Below are positions 40,631 through 53,800 of a DNA stretch of 64,000 nt, in pieces. Source of the DNA: Eledone cirrhosa (Eukaryota). The notes beneath the pieces are model-generated. The model ran no database searches and was not told the DNA's origin. It saw nothing but the letters and a program-made list of their open reading frames with translations. Positions within the stretch are counted from its first letter, which is position 1, and every line of letters begins with the position of its first letter. Made by a program: the position numbers and the translations under genes. The stretch lies in the NCBI GenBank assembly GCA_964016885.1, contig OZ024741.1, positions 260,958,001 to 261,022,000 of the forward strand. Direction: 5' to 3'.

Positions 40631-43600
40631 GTTTCGCTTTACGAGTGTTTCGACTTACGAGTGTTTCGACATACGAGTGTTTCGACTTCCGAATGTTTTT
40701 GCTTACGGGTGTTTCGACTTACGAATGTTTCGGCTTACGAGTGTTTCGGCTTACGAGTGTTCCGACTTAGGAGTGTTTCGGCTTACGAGTGTTTCCGGCT
40801 TACGAGTGTTTCGACTTACGAGTGTTTCGACTTTCGAGTGTTTTGAATTACGGTGTTTCGGCTTACGAGTGATTCGACTTACGAGTGTTTTGACTTACGG
40901 GTGTTCCGACTTACGAGTGTTTCGGTTTACGAGTGTTTCGACATACGAGTGTTTCGACTTACGAGTGTTTTGACTTACGGTGTTTCGGCTTACGAGTGAT
41001 TCGACTTACGAGTATTTTGACTTACGGGTGTTTTGACTTACGGGTGTTGTGAATTACCAGTGTTCCGATTTACGAGTGTTTTGACTTACGGTGTTTCGGC
41101 TTGCGAGTGTTTTGACTTACGAGTGTTTCGGCTTATGAGTGTTTCGACTTACTAATGTTTTTACTTACGAGTGTTTCGGCGTTCGAGTGTTTTGACTTAC
41201 GAGTGTTTCGACTTACGAGTGTTTTGACTTACGAATGTTTTGACTTACGGGTGTTTCGGCTTACGGGTGTTTCGACTTACGACTGTTTCGACTTACGAGT
41301 GTTCTGACTTACGAGTGTTCTGACTTACGAGTGTTCTGACTTACGAGTGTTCCGACTTACGAGTGTTTCGGTTTACGAGTGTTTCGACATACGAGTGTTT
41401 TGACTTACGGGTGTTTCGACTTACGAGTGTTTCGACTTACGAGTGTTTCGGCTTACGAGAGTTTCGACTTACTAATGTTTTTACTTACGAGTGTTTCGGT
41501 GTACGAATGTTTTGACTTAAGGATGTTTCGACTTACGAGTGTTTCGACTTACGAGTGTTTCGGCTTACGTGAGTTTCGACTTAAGAGTGTTCTGATTTAC
41601 GAGTGTTCTGACTTGCGGGTGTTCTGATTTACGAGTGTTCCGGCTTACGAGTGTTTCGGCTTATGAGTGTTTCGACTTACGAGTGTTTCGGCTTACGAGT
41701 GTTTCGACTTATGGGTGTTTCGACTTACGAGTGTTTTTACTTACAGTGTTTCGGCTTACGAGTGTTTCGACATACGAGTGTTTTGACTTACGGGTGTTTC
41801 GGCTTACGAGTGTTTCGACTTACGAGTGTTTCGGCTTACGAGTGTTTCGATTACTAATGTTTTTACTTACGAGTGTTTCGGCGTACGAGAGTTTTGACTT
41901 ACGAGTGTTTCGACTTACGAGTGTTTTGACTTACGAATGTTTTGACTTACGGGTGTTTCGGCTTATGAGTGTTTCGACTTACGAGTCTTTCGGCTTACGA
42001 GTGTTTCGACTTACTAATGTTTTTACTTACGAGTGTTTCGGCGTACGAGTGTTTCGACTTACGAGTGTTTCGACTTACGGGTGTTTTGACTTACGGGTGT
42101 TTCGGCTTACGAGTGTTTCGACTTACGAGTGTTTTGACTTAAGGGTGTTTCGATTTACGAGTATTTTTGGCTTACGAGTGATTCGACTTACGAGTGTTTC
42201 GACTTACGAGTGTTTCGGCTTACGATTGTTTCGACTTACGAGTGTTTCGGTTTACGAGTGTTTCGACTTATGAGTGTTTCGACTTACGAGTGTTTCGGCT
42301 TACGAGTGTTTCGACTTATGGGTGTTTCGACTTACGAGTGTTTTTACTTACGGTGTTTCGGCTTACGAGTGTTTCGACTTACGAGTGTTTCGACTTACGA
42401 GTGTTTAGGCTTACGTGAGTTTCGACTTAAGAGTGTTCTGATTTACGAGTGTTCTGACTTGCGGGTGTTCTGATTTACGAGTGTTCCGACTTACGAGTGT
42501 TTCGGCTTATGAGTGTTTCGACTTACGAGTGTTTCGGCTTACGAGTGTTTCGACTTATGGGTGTTTCGACTTACGATTGTTTTTACTTACGGTGTTTCGG
42601 CTTACGAGTGTTTCGACATACGAGTGTTTTGACTTACGGGTGTTTCGACTTACGAGTGTTTTGACTTACGAATGTTTTGACTTACGGGTGTTTCGGCTTA
42701 CGAATGTTTCGACTTACGAGTGTTTCGGCTTACGAGTGTTTCGACTTACTAATGTTCTTACGAGTGTTTCGGCGTACGAGAGTTTTGACTTACGAGTGTT
42801 TCGACTTACGAGTGTTTCGACTTACGAGTGTTTTGACTTACGAATGTTTTGACTTACGGGTGTTTCGGCTTACGAGTGTTTCGACTTACGAGTCTTTCGG
42901 CTTACGAGTGTTTCGACTTACTAATGTTTTTACTTACGAGTGTTTCGGCGTACGAGTGTTTCGACTTACGAGTGTTTCGACTAACGGGTGTTTTGACTTA
43001 CGGGTGTTTCGGCTTACGAGTGTTTTGACTTACGAGTGTTTTGACTTAAGGGTGTTTCGACTTACGAGTATTTTTGGCTTACGAGTGTTTCGACTTACGA
43101 GTGTTTTGACTTACGAGTGTTCTGATTTACGGATGTTACGACATACGAGTGTTTCGACTTACGAGTATTTCGACTTATGAGTGTTTCAACTTACAACTGT
43201 TTCGACTTACGAGTGTTTCGGCTTACGAGTGTTTCGACATACGAGTGTTTTGACTTACGGGTGTTTCGGCTTACGATTGTTTCGACTTACGAGTGTTTCG
43301 GTTTACGAGTGTTTCGGCTTATGAGTGTTTCGACTTACGAGTGTTTCGGCTTACGAGTGTTTCGACTTATGGGTGTTTCGACTTACGAGTGTTTTTACTT
43401 ACGGTGTTTCGGCTTACGAGTGTTTCGACATACGAGTGATTTGACTTACGGGTGTTTCGGCTTACGAGTGTTTCGACTTACGAGTGGTTCGGCTTACGAG
43501 TGTTTCGACTTACTAATGTTTTTACTTACGAGTGTTTCGCCGTACGAGAGTTTTGACTTACGAGTGTTTCGACTTACGAGTGTTTTGACTTACGAATGTT

Positions 43601-43799
43601 TTGACTTACGGGTGTTTCGGCTTATGAGTGTTTCGACTTACGAGTGTTTCGGCTTACGAGTGTTTCGACTTACTAATGTTTTTACTTACGAGTGTTTCGG
43701 CGTACGAGTGTTTCGACTTACGAGTGTTTCGACTTACGGGTGTTTTGACTTACGGGTGTTTCGGCTTACGAGTGTTTCGACTTACGAGTGTTTTGATTT

Positions 43800-46700
43800 A
43801 CGAGTGTTCTGATTTACGGATGTTTCGACATACGAGTGTTTCGACTTACGAGTGTTTCGACTTATGAGTGTTTCGACTTACGAGTGTTTCGGCTTACGAG
43901 TGTTTCGACTTACGAGTGTTTTGACTTACGGTGTTTCGGCTTACGAGTGTTTCGACTTACGAGTGTTTTGACTTACGGGTGTTTTGACATACGAGTGTTT
44001 CGATACGAGTGTTCTGACTTACGAGTGTTCTGACTTACGAGTGTTTTGACTTACGAGTGTTCTGACTTACGAGTGTTCCGACTTACGAGTGTTCCGACTT
44101 ACGAGTGTTTCGGCTTACGAGTGTTTCCGGCTTACGAGTGTTTCGACTTCCGAGTGTTTTGACTTACGGTGTTTCGGCTTACGAGTGATTCGACTTACGA
44201 GTGTTTTGACTCACGGGTGATTTGACTTACGGGTGATGTGAATTACGAGTGTTCCGATTTACGAGTGTTTTGACTTACGGTGTTTCGGCTTACGAGTGAT
44301 TCGACTTACGAATGTTTTGACTTACGGGTGTTTCGGCTTGCGAGTGTTTCGACTTACGAGTGTTTCGGCTTATGGGTGTTTCGACTTACTAATGTTTTTA
44401 TTTACGAGTGTTTCGGCGTATGAGTGTTTTGACTTACGAGTGTTTCGACTTACGAGTGTTTCGACTTACGAGTGTTTAGGCTTACGTGAGTTTCGACTTA
44501 AGAGTGTTCTGATTTACGAGTGTTCTGACTTGCGGGTGTTCTGATTTACGAGTGTTCCGACTTACGAGTGTTTCGGCTTATGAGTGTTTCGACTTACGAG
44601 TGTTTCGGCTTACGAGTGTTTCGACTTATGGATGTTTCGACTTACGATTGTTTTTACTTACGGTGTTTCGGCTTACGAGTGTTTCGACATACGAGTGTTT
44701 TGACTTACGGGTGTTTCGACTTACGAGTGTTTTGACTTACGAATGTTTTGACTTACGGGTGTTTCGGCTTACGAGTGTTTCGACTTACTAATGTTCTTAC
44801 GAGTGTTTCGGCGTACGAGAGTTTTGACTTACGAGTGTTTCGACTTACGAGTGTTTCGACTTACGAGTGTTTTGACTTACGAATGTTTTGACTTACGGGT
44901 GTTTCGGCTTACGAGTGTTTCGACTTACGAGTCTTTCGGCTTACGAGTGTTTCGACTTACTAATGTTTTTACTTACGAGTGTTTCGGCGTACGAGTGTTT
45001 CGACTTACGAGTGTTTCGACTAACGGGTGTTTTGACTTACGGGTGTTTCGGCTTACGAGTGTTTTGACTTACGAGTGTTTTGACTTACGAGTGTTCCGAC
45101 TTACGAGTGTTTCGGCTTACGAGTGTTTCGACTTACGAGTATTTTTGGCTTACGAGTGTTTCGACTTACGAGTGTTTTGACTTACGAGTGTTCTGATTTA
45201 CGGATGTTTCGACATACGAGTGTTTCGACTTACGAGTATTTCGACTTATGAGTGTTTCAACTTACGACTGTTTCGACTTACGAGTGTTTCGGCTTACGAG
45301 TGTTTCGACTTACGAGTGTTTTGACTTACGGGTGTTTTGACATACGAGTGTTTCGATACGAGTGTTCTGACTTACGAGTGTTCTGACTTACGAGTGTTTT
45401 GACTCACGAGTGTTCCGACTTACGAGTGTTCCGACTTACGAGTGTTTCGGCTTACGAGTGTTTCCGGCTTACGAGTGTTTCGACTTACGAGTGTTTTGAC
45501 TTACGAATGTTTCGGCTTACGAGTGTTTCGGCTTACGAGTGTTCCGACTTAGGAGTGTTTCGGCTTACGAGTGTTTCCGGCTTACGAGTGTTTCGACTTA
45601 CGAGTGTTTCAACTTTCGAGTGTTTTGACTTACGGTGTTTCGGCTTACGAGTGATTCGACTTACGAGTGTTTTGACTTACGGGTGTTTTGACTTACGGGT
45701 GTTGTGAATTACCAGTGTTCCGATTTACGAGTGTTTTGACTTACGGTGTTTCGGCTTGCGAGTGTTTCGACTTACGAGTGTTTCGGCTTATGAGTGTTTC
45801 GACTTACTAATGTTTTTACTTACGAGTGTTTCGGCTTACGGGTGTTTCGACTTACGAGTGTTTCGACTTACGAGTGTTCTGATTTACGAGTGTTCTGACT
45901 TACGAGTGTTCTGACTTACGAGTGTTCCGACTTACGAGTGTTTCGGTTTACGAGTGTTTCGACATACGAGTGTTTTGACTTACGGGTGTTTCGACTTACG
46001 GGTGTTTCGACTTACGAGTGTTTCGGCTTACGAGAGTTTCGACTTACTAATGTTTTTAATTACGAGTGTTTCGGTGTACGAATGTTTTGACTTAAGGATG
46101 TTTCGACTTACGAGTGTTTCGACTTACGAGTGTTTCGGCTTACGTGAGTTTCGACTTAAGAGTGTTCTGATTTACGAGTGTTCTGACTTGCGGGTGTTCT
46201 GATTTACGAGTGTTCCGACTTACGAGTGTTTCGGCTTATGAGTGTTTCGACTTACGAGTGTTTCGGCTTACGAGTGTTTCGACTTATGGGTGTTTCGACT
46301 TACGAGTGTTTTTACTTACGGTGTTTCGGCTTACGAGTGTTTCGACATACGAGTGTTTTGACTTACGGGTGTTTCGGCTTACGAGTGTTTCGACTTACGA
46401 GTGTTTCGGCTTACGAGTGTTTCGACTTACTAATGTTTTTACTTACGAGTGTTTCGGCGTACGAGAGTTTTGACTTACGAGTGTTTCGACTTACGAGTGT
46501 TTTGACTTACGAATGTTTTGACTTACGGGTGTTTCGGCTTACGAGTGTTTCGACTTACGAGTGTTTTGACTTACGAGTGTTCTGATTTACGGATGTTTCG
46601 ACATACGAGTGTTTCGACTTACGAGTGTTTCGACTTATGAGTGTTTCGACTTACGAGTGTTTCGGCTTACGAGTGTTTCGACTTACGAGTGTTTTGACTT

Positions 46701-49700
46701 ACGGTGTTTCGGCTTACGAGTGTTTCGACTTACGAGTGTTTTGACTTACGGGTGTTTTGACATACGAGTGTTTCGATACGAGTGTTCTGACTTACGAGTG
46801 TTCTGACTTACGAGTGTTTTGACTTACGAGTGTTCTGACTTACGAGTGTTCCGACTTACGAGTGTTCCGACTTACGAGTGTTTCGGCTTACGAGTGTTTC
46901 CGGCTTACGAGTGTTTCGACTTCCGAGTGTTTTGACTTACGGTGTTTCGGCTTACGAGTGATTCGACTTACGAGTGTTTTGACTTACGGGTGATTTGACT
47001 TACGGGTGTTGTGAATTACGAGTGTTCCGATTTACGAGTGTTTTGACTTACGGTGTTTCGGCTTACGAGTGATTCGACTTACGAATGTTTTGACTTACGG
47101 GTGTTTCGGCTTGCGAGTGTTTCGACTTACGAGTGTTTCGGCTTATGGGTGTTTCGACTTACTAATGTTTTTACTTACGAGTGTTTCGGCGTATGAGTGT
47201 TTTGACTTACGAGTGTTTCGACTTACGAGTGTTTCGACTTACGAGTGTTTAGGCTTACGTGAGTTTCGACTTAAGAGTGTTCTGATTTACGAGTGTTCTG
47301 ACTTGCGGGTGTTCTGATTTACGAGTGTTCCGACTTACGAGTGTTTCGGCTTATGAGTGTTTCGACTTACGAGTGTTTCGGCTTACGAGTGTTTCGACTT
47401 ATGGGTGTTTCGACTTACGATTGTTTTTACTTACGGTGTTTCGGCTTACGAGTGTTTCGACATACGAGTGTTTTGACTTACGGGTGTTTCGACTTACGAG
47501 TGTTTTGACTTACGAATGTTTTGACTTACGGGTGTTTCGGCTTACGAATGTTTCGACTTACGAGTGTTTCGGCTTACGAGTGTTTCGACTTACTAATGTT
47601 CTTACGAGTGTTTCGGCGTACGAGAGTTTTGACTTACGAGTGTTTCGACTTACGAGTGTTTCGACTTACGAGTGTTTTGACTTACGAATGTTTTGACTTA
47701 CGGGTGTTTCGGCTTACGAGTGTTTCGACTTACGAGTCTTTCGGCTTACGAGTGTTTCGACTTACTAATGTTTTTACTTACGAGTGTTTCGGCGTACGAG
47801 TGTTTCGACTTACGAGTGTTTCGACTAACGGGTGTTTTGACTTACGGGTGTTTCGGCTTACGAGTGTTTTGACTTACGAGTGTTTTGACTTAAGGGTGTT
47901 TCGACTTACGAGTATTTTTGGCTTACGAGTGTTTCGACTTACGAGTGTTTTGACTTACGAGTGTTCTGATTTACGGATGTTTCGACATACGAGTGTTTCG
48001 ACTTACGAGTATTTCGACTTATGAGTGTTTCAACTTACGACTGTTTCGACTTACGAGTGTTTCGGCTTACGAGTGTTTCGACTTACGAGTGTTTTGACTT
48101 ACGGGTGTTTTGACATACGAGTGTTTCGATACGAGTGTTCTGACTTACGAGTGTTCTGACTTACGAGTGTTTTGACTCACGAGTGTTCCGACTTACGAGT
48201 GTTCCGACTTACGAGTGTTTCGGCTTACGAGTGTTTCCGGCTTACGAGTGTTTCGACTTACGAGTGTTTTGACTTACGAATGTTTCGGCTTACGAGTGTT
48301 TCGGCTTACGAGTGTTCCGACTTAGGAGTGTTTCGGCTTACGAGTGTTTCCGGCTTACGAGTGTTTCGACTTACGAGTGTTTCAACTTTCGAGTGTTTTG
48401 ACTTACGGTGTTTCGGCTTACGAGTGATTCGACTTACGAGTGTTTTGACTTACGGGTGTTTTGACTTACGGGTGTTGTGAATTACCAGTGTTCCGATTTA
48501 CGAGTGTTTTGACTTACGGTGTTTCGGCTTGCGAGTGTTTCGACTTACGAGTGTTTCGGCTTATGAGTGTTTCGACTTACTAATGTTTTTACTTACGAGT
48601 GTTTCGGCTTACGGGTGTTTCGACTTACGAGTGTTTCGACTTACGAGTGTTCTGATTTACGAGTGTTCTGACTTACGAGTGTTCTGACTTACGAGTGTTC
48701 CGACTTACGAGTGTTTCGGTTTACGAGTGTTTCGACATACGAGTGTTTTGACTTACGGGTGTTTCGACTTACGGGTGTTTCGACTTACGAGTGTTTCGGC
48801 TTACGAGAGTTTCGACTTACTAATGTTTTTAATTACGAGTGTTTCGGTGTACGAATGTTTTGACTTAAGGATGTTTCGACTTACGAGTGTTTCGACTTAC
48901 GAGTGTTTCGGCTTACGTGAGTTTCGACTTAAGAGTGTTCTGATTTACGAGTGTTCTGACTTGCGGGTGTTCTGATTTACGAGTGTTCCGACTTACGAGT
49001 GTTTCGGCTTATGAGTGTTTCGACTTACGAGTGTTTCGGCTTACGAGTGTTTCGACTTATGGGTGTTTCGACTTACGAGTGTTTTTACTTACGGTGTTTC
49101 GGCTTACGAGTGTTTCGACATACGAGTGTTTTGACTTACGGGTGTTTCGGCTTACGAGTGTTTCGACTTACGAGTGTTTCGGCTTACGAGTGTTTCGACT
49201 TACTAATGTTTTTACTTACGAGTGTTTCGGCGTACGAGAGTTTTGACTTACGAGTGTTTCGACTTACGAGTGTTTTGACTTACGAATGTTTTGACTTACG
49301 GGTGTTTCGGCTTACGAGTGTTTCGACTTACGAGTGTTTTGACTTACGAGTGTTCTGATTTACGGATGTTTCGACATACGAGTGTTTCGACTTACGAGTG
49401 TTTCGACTTATGAGTGTTTCGACTTACGAGTGTTTCGGCTTACGAGTGTTTCGACTTACGAGTGTTTTGACTTACGGTGTTTCGGCTTACGAGTGTTTCG
49501 ACTTACGAGTGTTTTGACTTACGGGTGTTTTGACATACGAGTGTTTCGATACGAGTGTTCTGACTTACGAGTGTTCTGACTTACGAGTGTTTTGACTTAC
49601 GAGTGTTCTGACTTACGAGTGTTCCGACTTACGAGTGTTCCGACTTACGAGTGTTTCGGCTTACGAGTGTTTCCGGCTTACGAGTGTTTCGACTTCCGAG

Positions 49701-50830
49701 TGTTTTGACTTACGGTGTTTCGGCTTACGAGTGATTCGACTTACGAGTGTTTTGACTTACGGGTGATTTGACTTACGGGTGTTGTGAATTACGAGTGTTC
49801 CGATTTACGAGTGTTTTGACTTACGGTGTTTCGGCTTACGAGTGATTCGACTTACGAATGTTTTGACTTACGGGTGTTTCGGCTTGCGAGTGTTTCGACT
49901 TACGAGTGTTTCGGCTTATGGGTGTTTCGACTTACTAATGTTTTTACTTACGAGTGTTTCGGCGTATGAGTGTTTTGACTTACGAGTGTTTCGACTTACG
50001 AGTGTTTCGACTTACGAGTGTTTAGGCTTACGTGAGTTTCGACTTAAGAGTGTTCTGATTTACGAGTGTTCTGACTTGCGGGTGTTCTGATTTACGAGTG
50101 TTCCGACTTACGAGTGTTTCGGCTTATGAGTGTTTCGACTTACGAGTGTTTCGGCTTACGAGTGTTTCGACTTATGGGTGTTTCGACTTACGATTGTTTT
50201 TACTTACGGTGTTTCGGCTTACGAGTGTTTCGACATACGAGTGTTTTGACTTACGGGTGTTTCGACTTACGAGTGTTTTGACTTACGAATGTTTTGACTT
50301 ACGGGTGTTTCGGCTTACGAATGTTTCGACTTACGAGTGTTTCGGCTTACGAGTGTTTCGACTTACTAATGTTCTTACGAGTGTTTCGGCGTACGAGAGT
50401 TTTGACTTACGAGTGTTTCGACTTACGAGTGTTTCGACTTACGAGTGTTTTGACTTACGAATGTTTTGACTTACGGGTGTTTCGGCTTACGAGTGTTTCG
50501 ACTTACGAGTCTTTCGGCTTACGAGTGTTTCGACTTACTAATGTTTTTACTTACGAGTGTTTCGGCGTACGAGTGTTTCGACTTACGAGTGTTTCGACTA
50601 ACGGGTGTTTTGACTTACGGGTGTTTCGGCTTACGAGTGTTTTGACTTACGAGTGTTTTGACTTAAGGGTGTTTCGACTTACGAGTATTTTTGGCTTACG
50701 AGTGTTTCGACTTACGAGTGTTTTGACTTACGAGTGTTCTGATTTACGGATGTTTCGACATACGAGTGTTTCGACTTACGAGTATTTCGACTTATGAGTG
50801 TTTCAACTTACGACTGTTTCGACTTACGAG
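43800..50830 (+). repeat. 2773-bp higher-order repeat, about 2.5 copies (boundaries approximate)
   Basis: ORF series 44296/47069/49842, 45399/48172, 45954/48727, 46609/49382 and 47521/50294 are all offset by 2773. Confidence 0.88.
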
Positions 50831-53800
50831 TGTTTCGGCTTACGAGTGTTTCGACATACGAGTGTTTTGACTTACGGGTGTTTCGGCTTACGATTGTTTC
50901 GACTTACGAGTGTTTCGGTTTACGAGTGTTTCGGCTTATGAGTGTTTCGACTTACGAGTGTTTCGGCTTACGAGTGTTTCGACTTATGGGTGTTTCGACT
51001 TACGAGTGTTTTTACTTACGGTGTTTCGGCTTACGAGTGTTTCGACATACGAGTGATTTGACTTACGGGTGTTTCGGCTTACGAGTGTTTCGACTTACGA
51101 GTGGTTCGGCTTACGAGTGTTTCGACTTACTAATGTTTTTACTTACGAGTGTTTCGCCGTACGAGAGTTTTGACTTACGAGTGTTTCGACTTACGAGTGT
51201 TTTGACTTACGAATGTTTTGACTTACGGGTGTTTCGGCTTATGAGTGTTTCGACTTACGAGTGTTTCGGCTTACGAGTGTTTCGACTTACTAATGTTTTT
51301 ACTTACGAGTGTTTCGGCGTACGAGTGTTTCGACTTACGAGTGTTTCGACTTACGGGTGTTTTGACTTACGGGTGTTTCGGCTTACGAGTGTTTCGACTT
51401 ACGAGTGTTTTGATTTACGAGTGTTCTGATTTACGGATGTTTCGACATACGAGTGTTTCGACTTACGAGTGTTTCGACTTATGAGTGTTTCGACTTACGA
51501 GTGTTTCGGCTTACGAGTGTTTCGACTTACGAGTGTTTTGACTTACGGTGTTTCGGCTTACGAGTGTTTCGACTTACGAGTGTTTTGACTTACGGGTGTT
51601 TTGACATACGAGTGTTTCGATACGAGTGTTCTGACTTACGAGTGTTCTGACTTACGAGTGTTTTGACTTACGAGTGTTCTGACTTACGAGTGTTCCGACT
51701 TACGAGTGTTCCGACTTACGAGTGTTTCGGCTTACGAGTGTTTCCGGCTTACGAGTGTTTCGACTTCCGAGTGTTTTGACTTACGGTGTTTCGGCTTACG
51801 AGTGATTCGACTTACGAGTGTTTTGACTCACGGGTGATTTGACTTACGGGTGTTGTGAATTACGAGTGTTCCGATTTACGAGTGTTTTGACTTACGGTGT
51901 TTCGGCTTACGAGTGATTCGACTTACGAATGTTTTGACTTACGGGTGTTTCGGCTTGCGAGTGTTTCGACTTACGAGTGTTTCGGCTTATGGGTGTTTCG
52001 ACTTACTAATGTTTTTATTTACGAGTGTTTCGGCGTATGAGTGTTTTGACTTACGAGTGTTTCGACTTACGAGTGTTTCGACTTACGAGTGTTTAGGCTT
52101 ACGTGAGTTTCGACTTAAGAGTGTTCTGATTTACGAGTGTTCTGACTTGCGGGTGTTCTGATTTACGAGTGTTCCGACTTACGAGTGTTTCGGCTTATGA
52201 GTGTTTCGACTTACGAGTGTTTCGGCTTACGAGTGTTTCGACTTATGGATGTTTCGACTTACGATTGTTTTTACTTACGGTGTTTCGGCTTACGAGTGTT
52301 TCGACATACGAGTGTTTTGACTTACGGGTGTTTCGACTTACGAGTGTTTTGACTTACGAATGTTTTGACTTACGGGTGTTTCGGCTTACGAGTGTTTCGA
52401 CTTACTAATGTTCTTACGAGTGTTTCGGCGTACGAGAGTTTTGACTTACGAGTGTTTCGACTTACGAGTGTTTCGACTTACGAGTGTTTTGACTTACGAA
52501 TGTTTTGACTTACGGGTGTTTCGGCTTACGAGTGTTTCGACTTACGAGTCTTTCGGCTTACGAGTGTTTCGACTTACTAATGTTTTTACTTACGAGTGTT
52601 TCGGCGTACGAGTGTTTCGACTTACGAGTGTTTCGACTAACGGGTGTTTTGACTTACGGGTGTTTCGGCTTACGAGTGTTTTGACTTACGAGTGTTTTGA
52701 CTTAAGGGTGTTTCGACTTACGAGTATTTTTGGCTTACGAGTGTTTCGACTTACGAGTGTTTTAACTTACGAGTGTTCTGATTTACGGATGTTTCGACAT
52801 ACGAGTGTTTCGACTTACGAGTATTTCGACTTATGAGTGTTTCAACTTACGACTGTTTCGACTTACGAGTGTTTCGGCTTACGAGTGTTTCGACTTACGA
52901 GTGTTTTGACTTACGGGTGTTTTGACATACGAGTGTTTCGATACGAGTGTTCTGACTTACGAGTGTTCTGACTTACGAGTGTTTTGACTCACGAGTGTTC
53001 CGACTTACGAGTGTTCCGACTTACGAGTGTTTCGGCTTACGAGTGTTTCCGGCTTACGAGTGTTTCGACTTACGAGTGTTTTGACTTACGAATGTTTCGG
53101 CTTACGAGTGTTTCGGCTTACGAGTGTTCCGACTTAGGAGTGTTTCGGCTTACGAGTGTTTCCGGCTTACGAGTGTTTCGACTTACGAGTGTTTCAACTT
53201 TCGAGTGTTTTGACTTACGGTGTTTCGGCTTACGAGTGATTCGACTTACGAGTGTTTTGACTTACGGGTGTTTTAACTTACGGGTGTTGTGAATTACCAG
53301 TGTTCCGATTTACGAGTGTTTTGACTTACGGTGTTTCGGCTTGCGAGTGTTTCGACTTACGAGTGTTTCGGCTTATGAGTGTTTCGACTTACTAATGTTT
53401 TTACTTACGAGTGTTTCGGCTTACGGGTGTTTCGACTTACGAGTGTTTCGACTTACGAGTGTTCTGATTTACGAGTGTTCTGACTTACGAGTGTTCTGAC
53501 TTACGAGTGTTCCGACTTACGAGTGTTTCGGTTTACGAGTGTTTCGACATACGAGTGTTTTGACTTACGGGTGTTTCGACTTACGGGTGTTTCGACTTAC
53601 GAGTGTTTCGGCTTACGAGAGTTTCGACTTACTAATGTTTTTAATTACGAGTGTTTCGGTGTACGAATGTTTTGACTTAAGGATGTTTCGACTTACGAGT
53701 GTTTCGACTTACGAGTGTTTCGGCTTACGTGAGTTTCGACTTAAGAGTGTTCTGATTTACGAGTGTTCTGACTTGCGGGTGTTCTGATTTACGAGTGTTC

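Larger units (their letters stand above)
34880..44226 (+). repeat. 4731-bp-offset near-tandem duplication (about 34880-39495 and 39611-44226)
   Basis: Spacers 35831/40562 and ORF pairs 35122/39853, 36904/41635, 38446/43177 and 39105/43836 are all offset by 4731. Shared rare variants CTTAAGAGTGTATC and TTACAACTG. Confidence 0.92.
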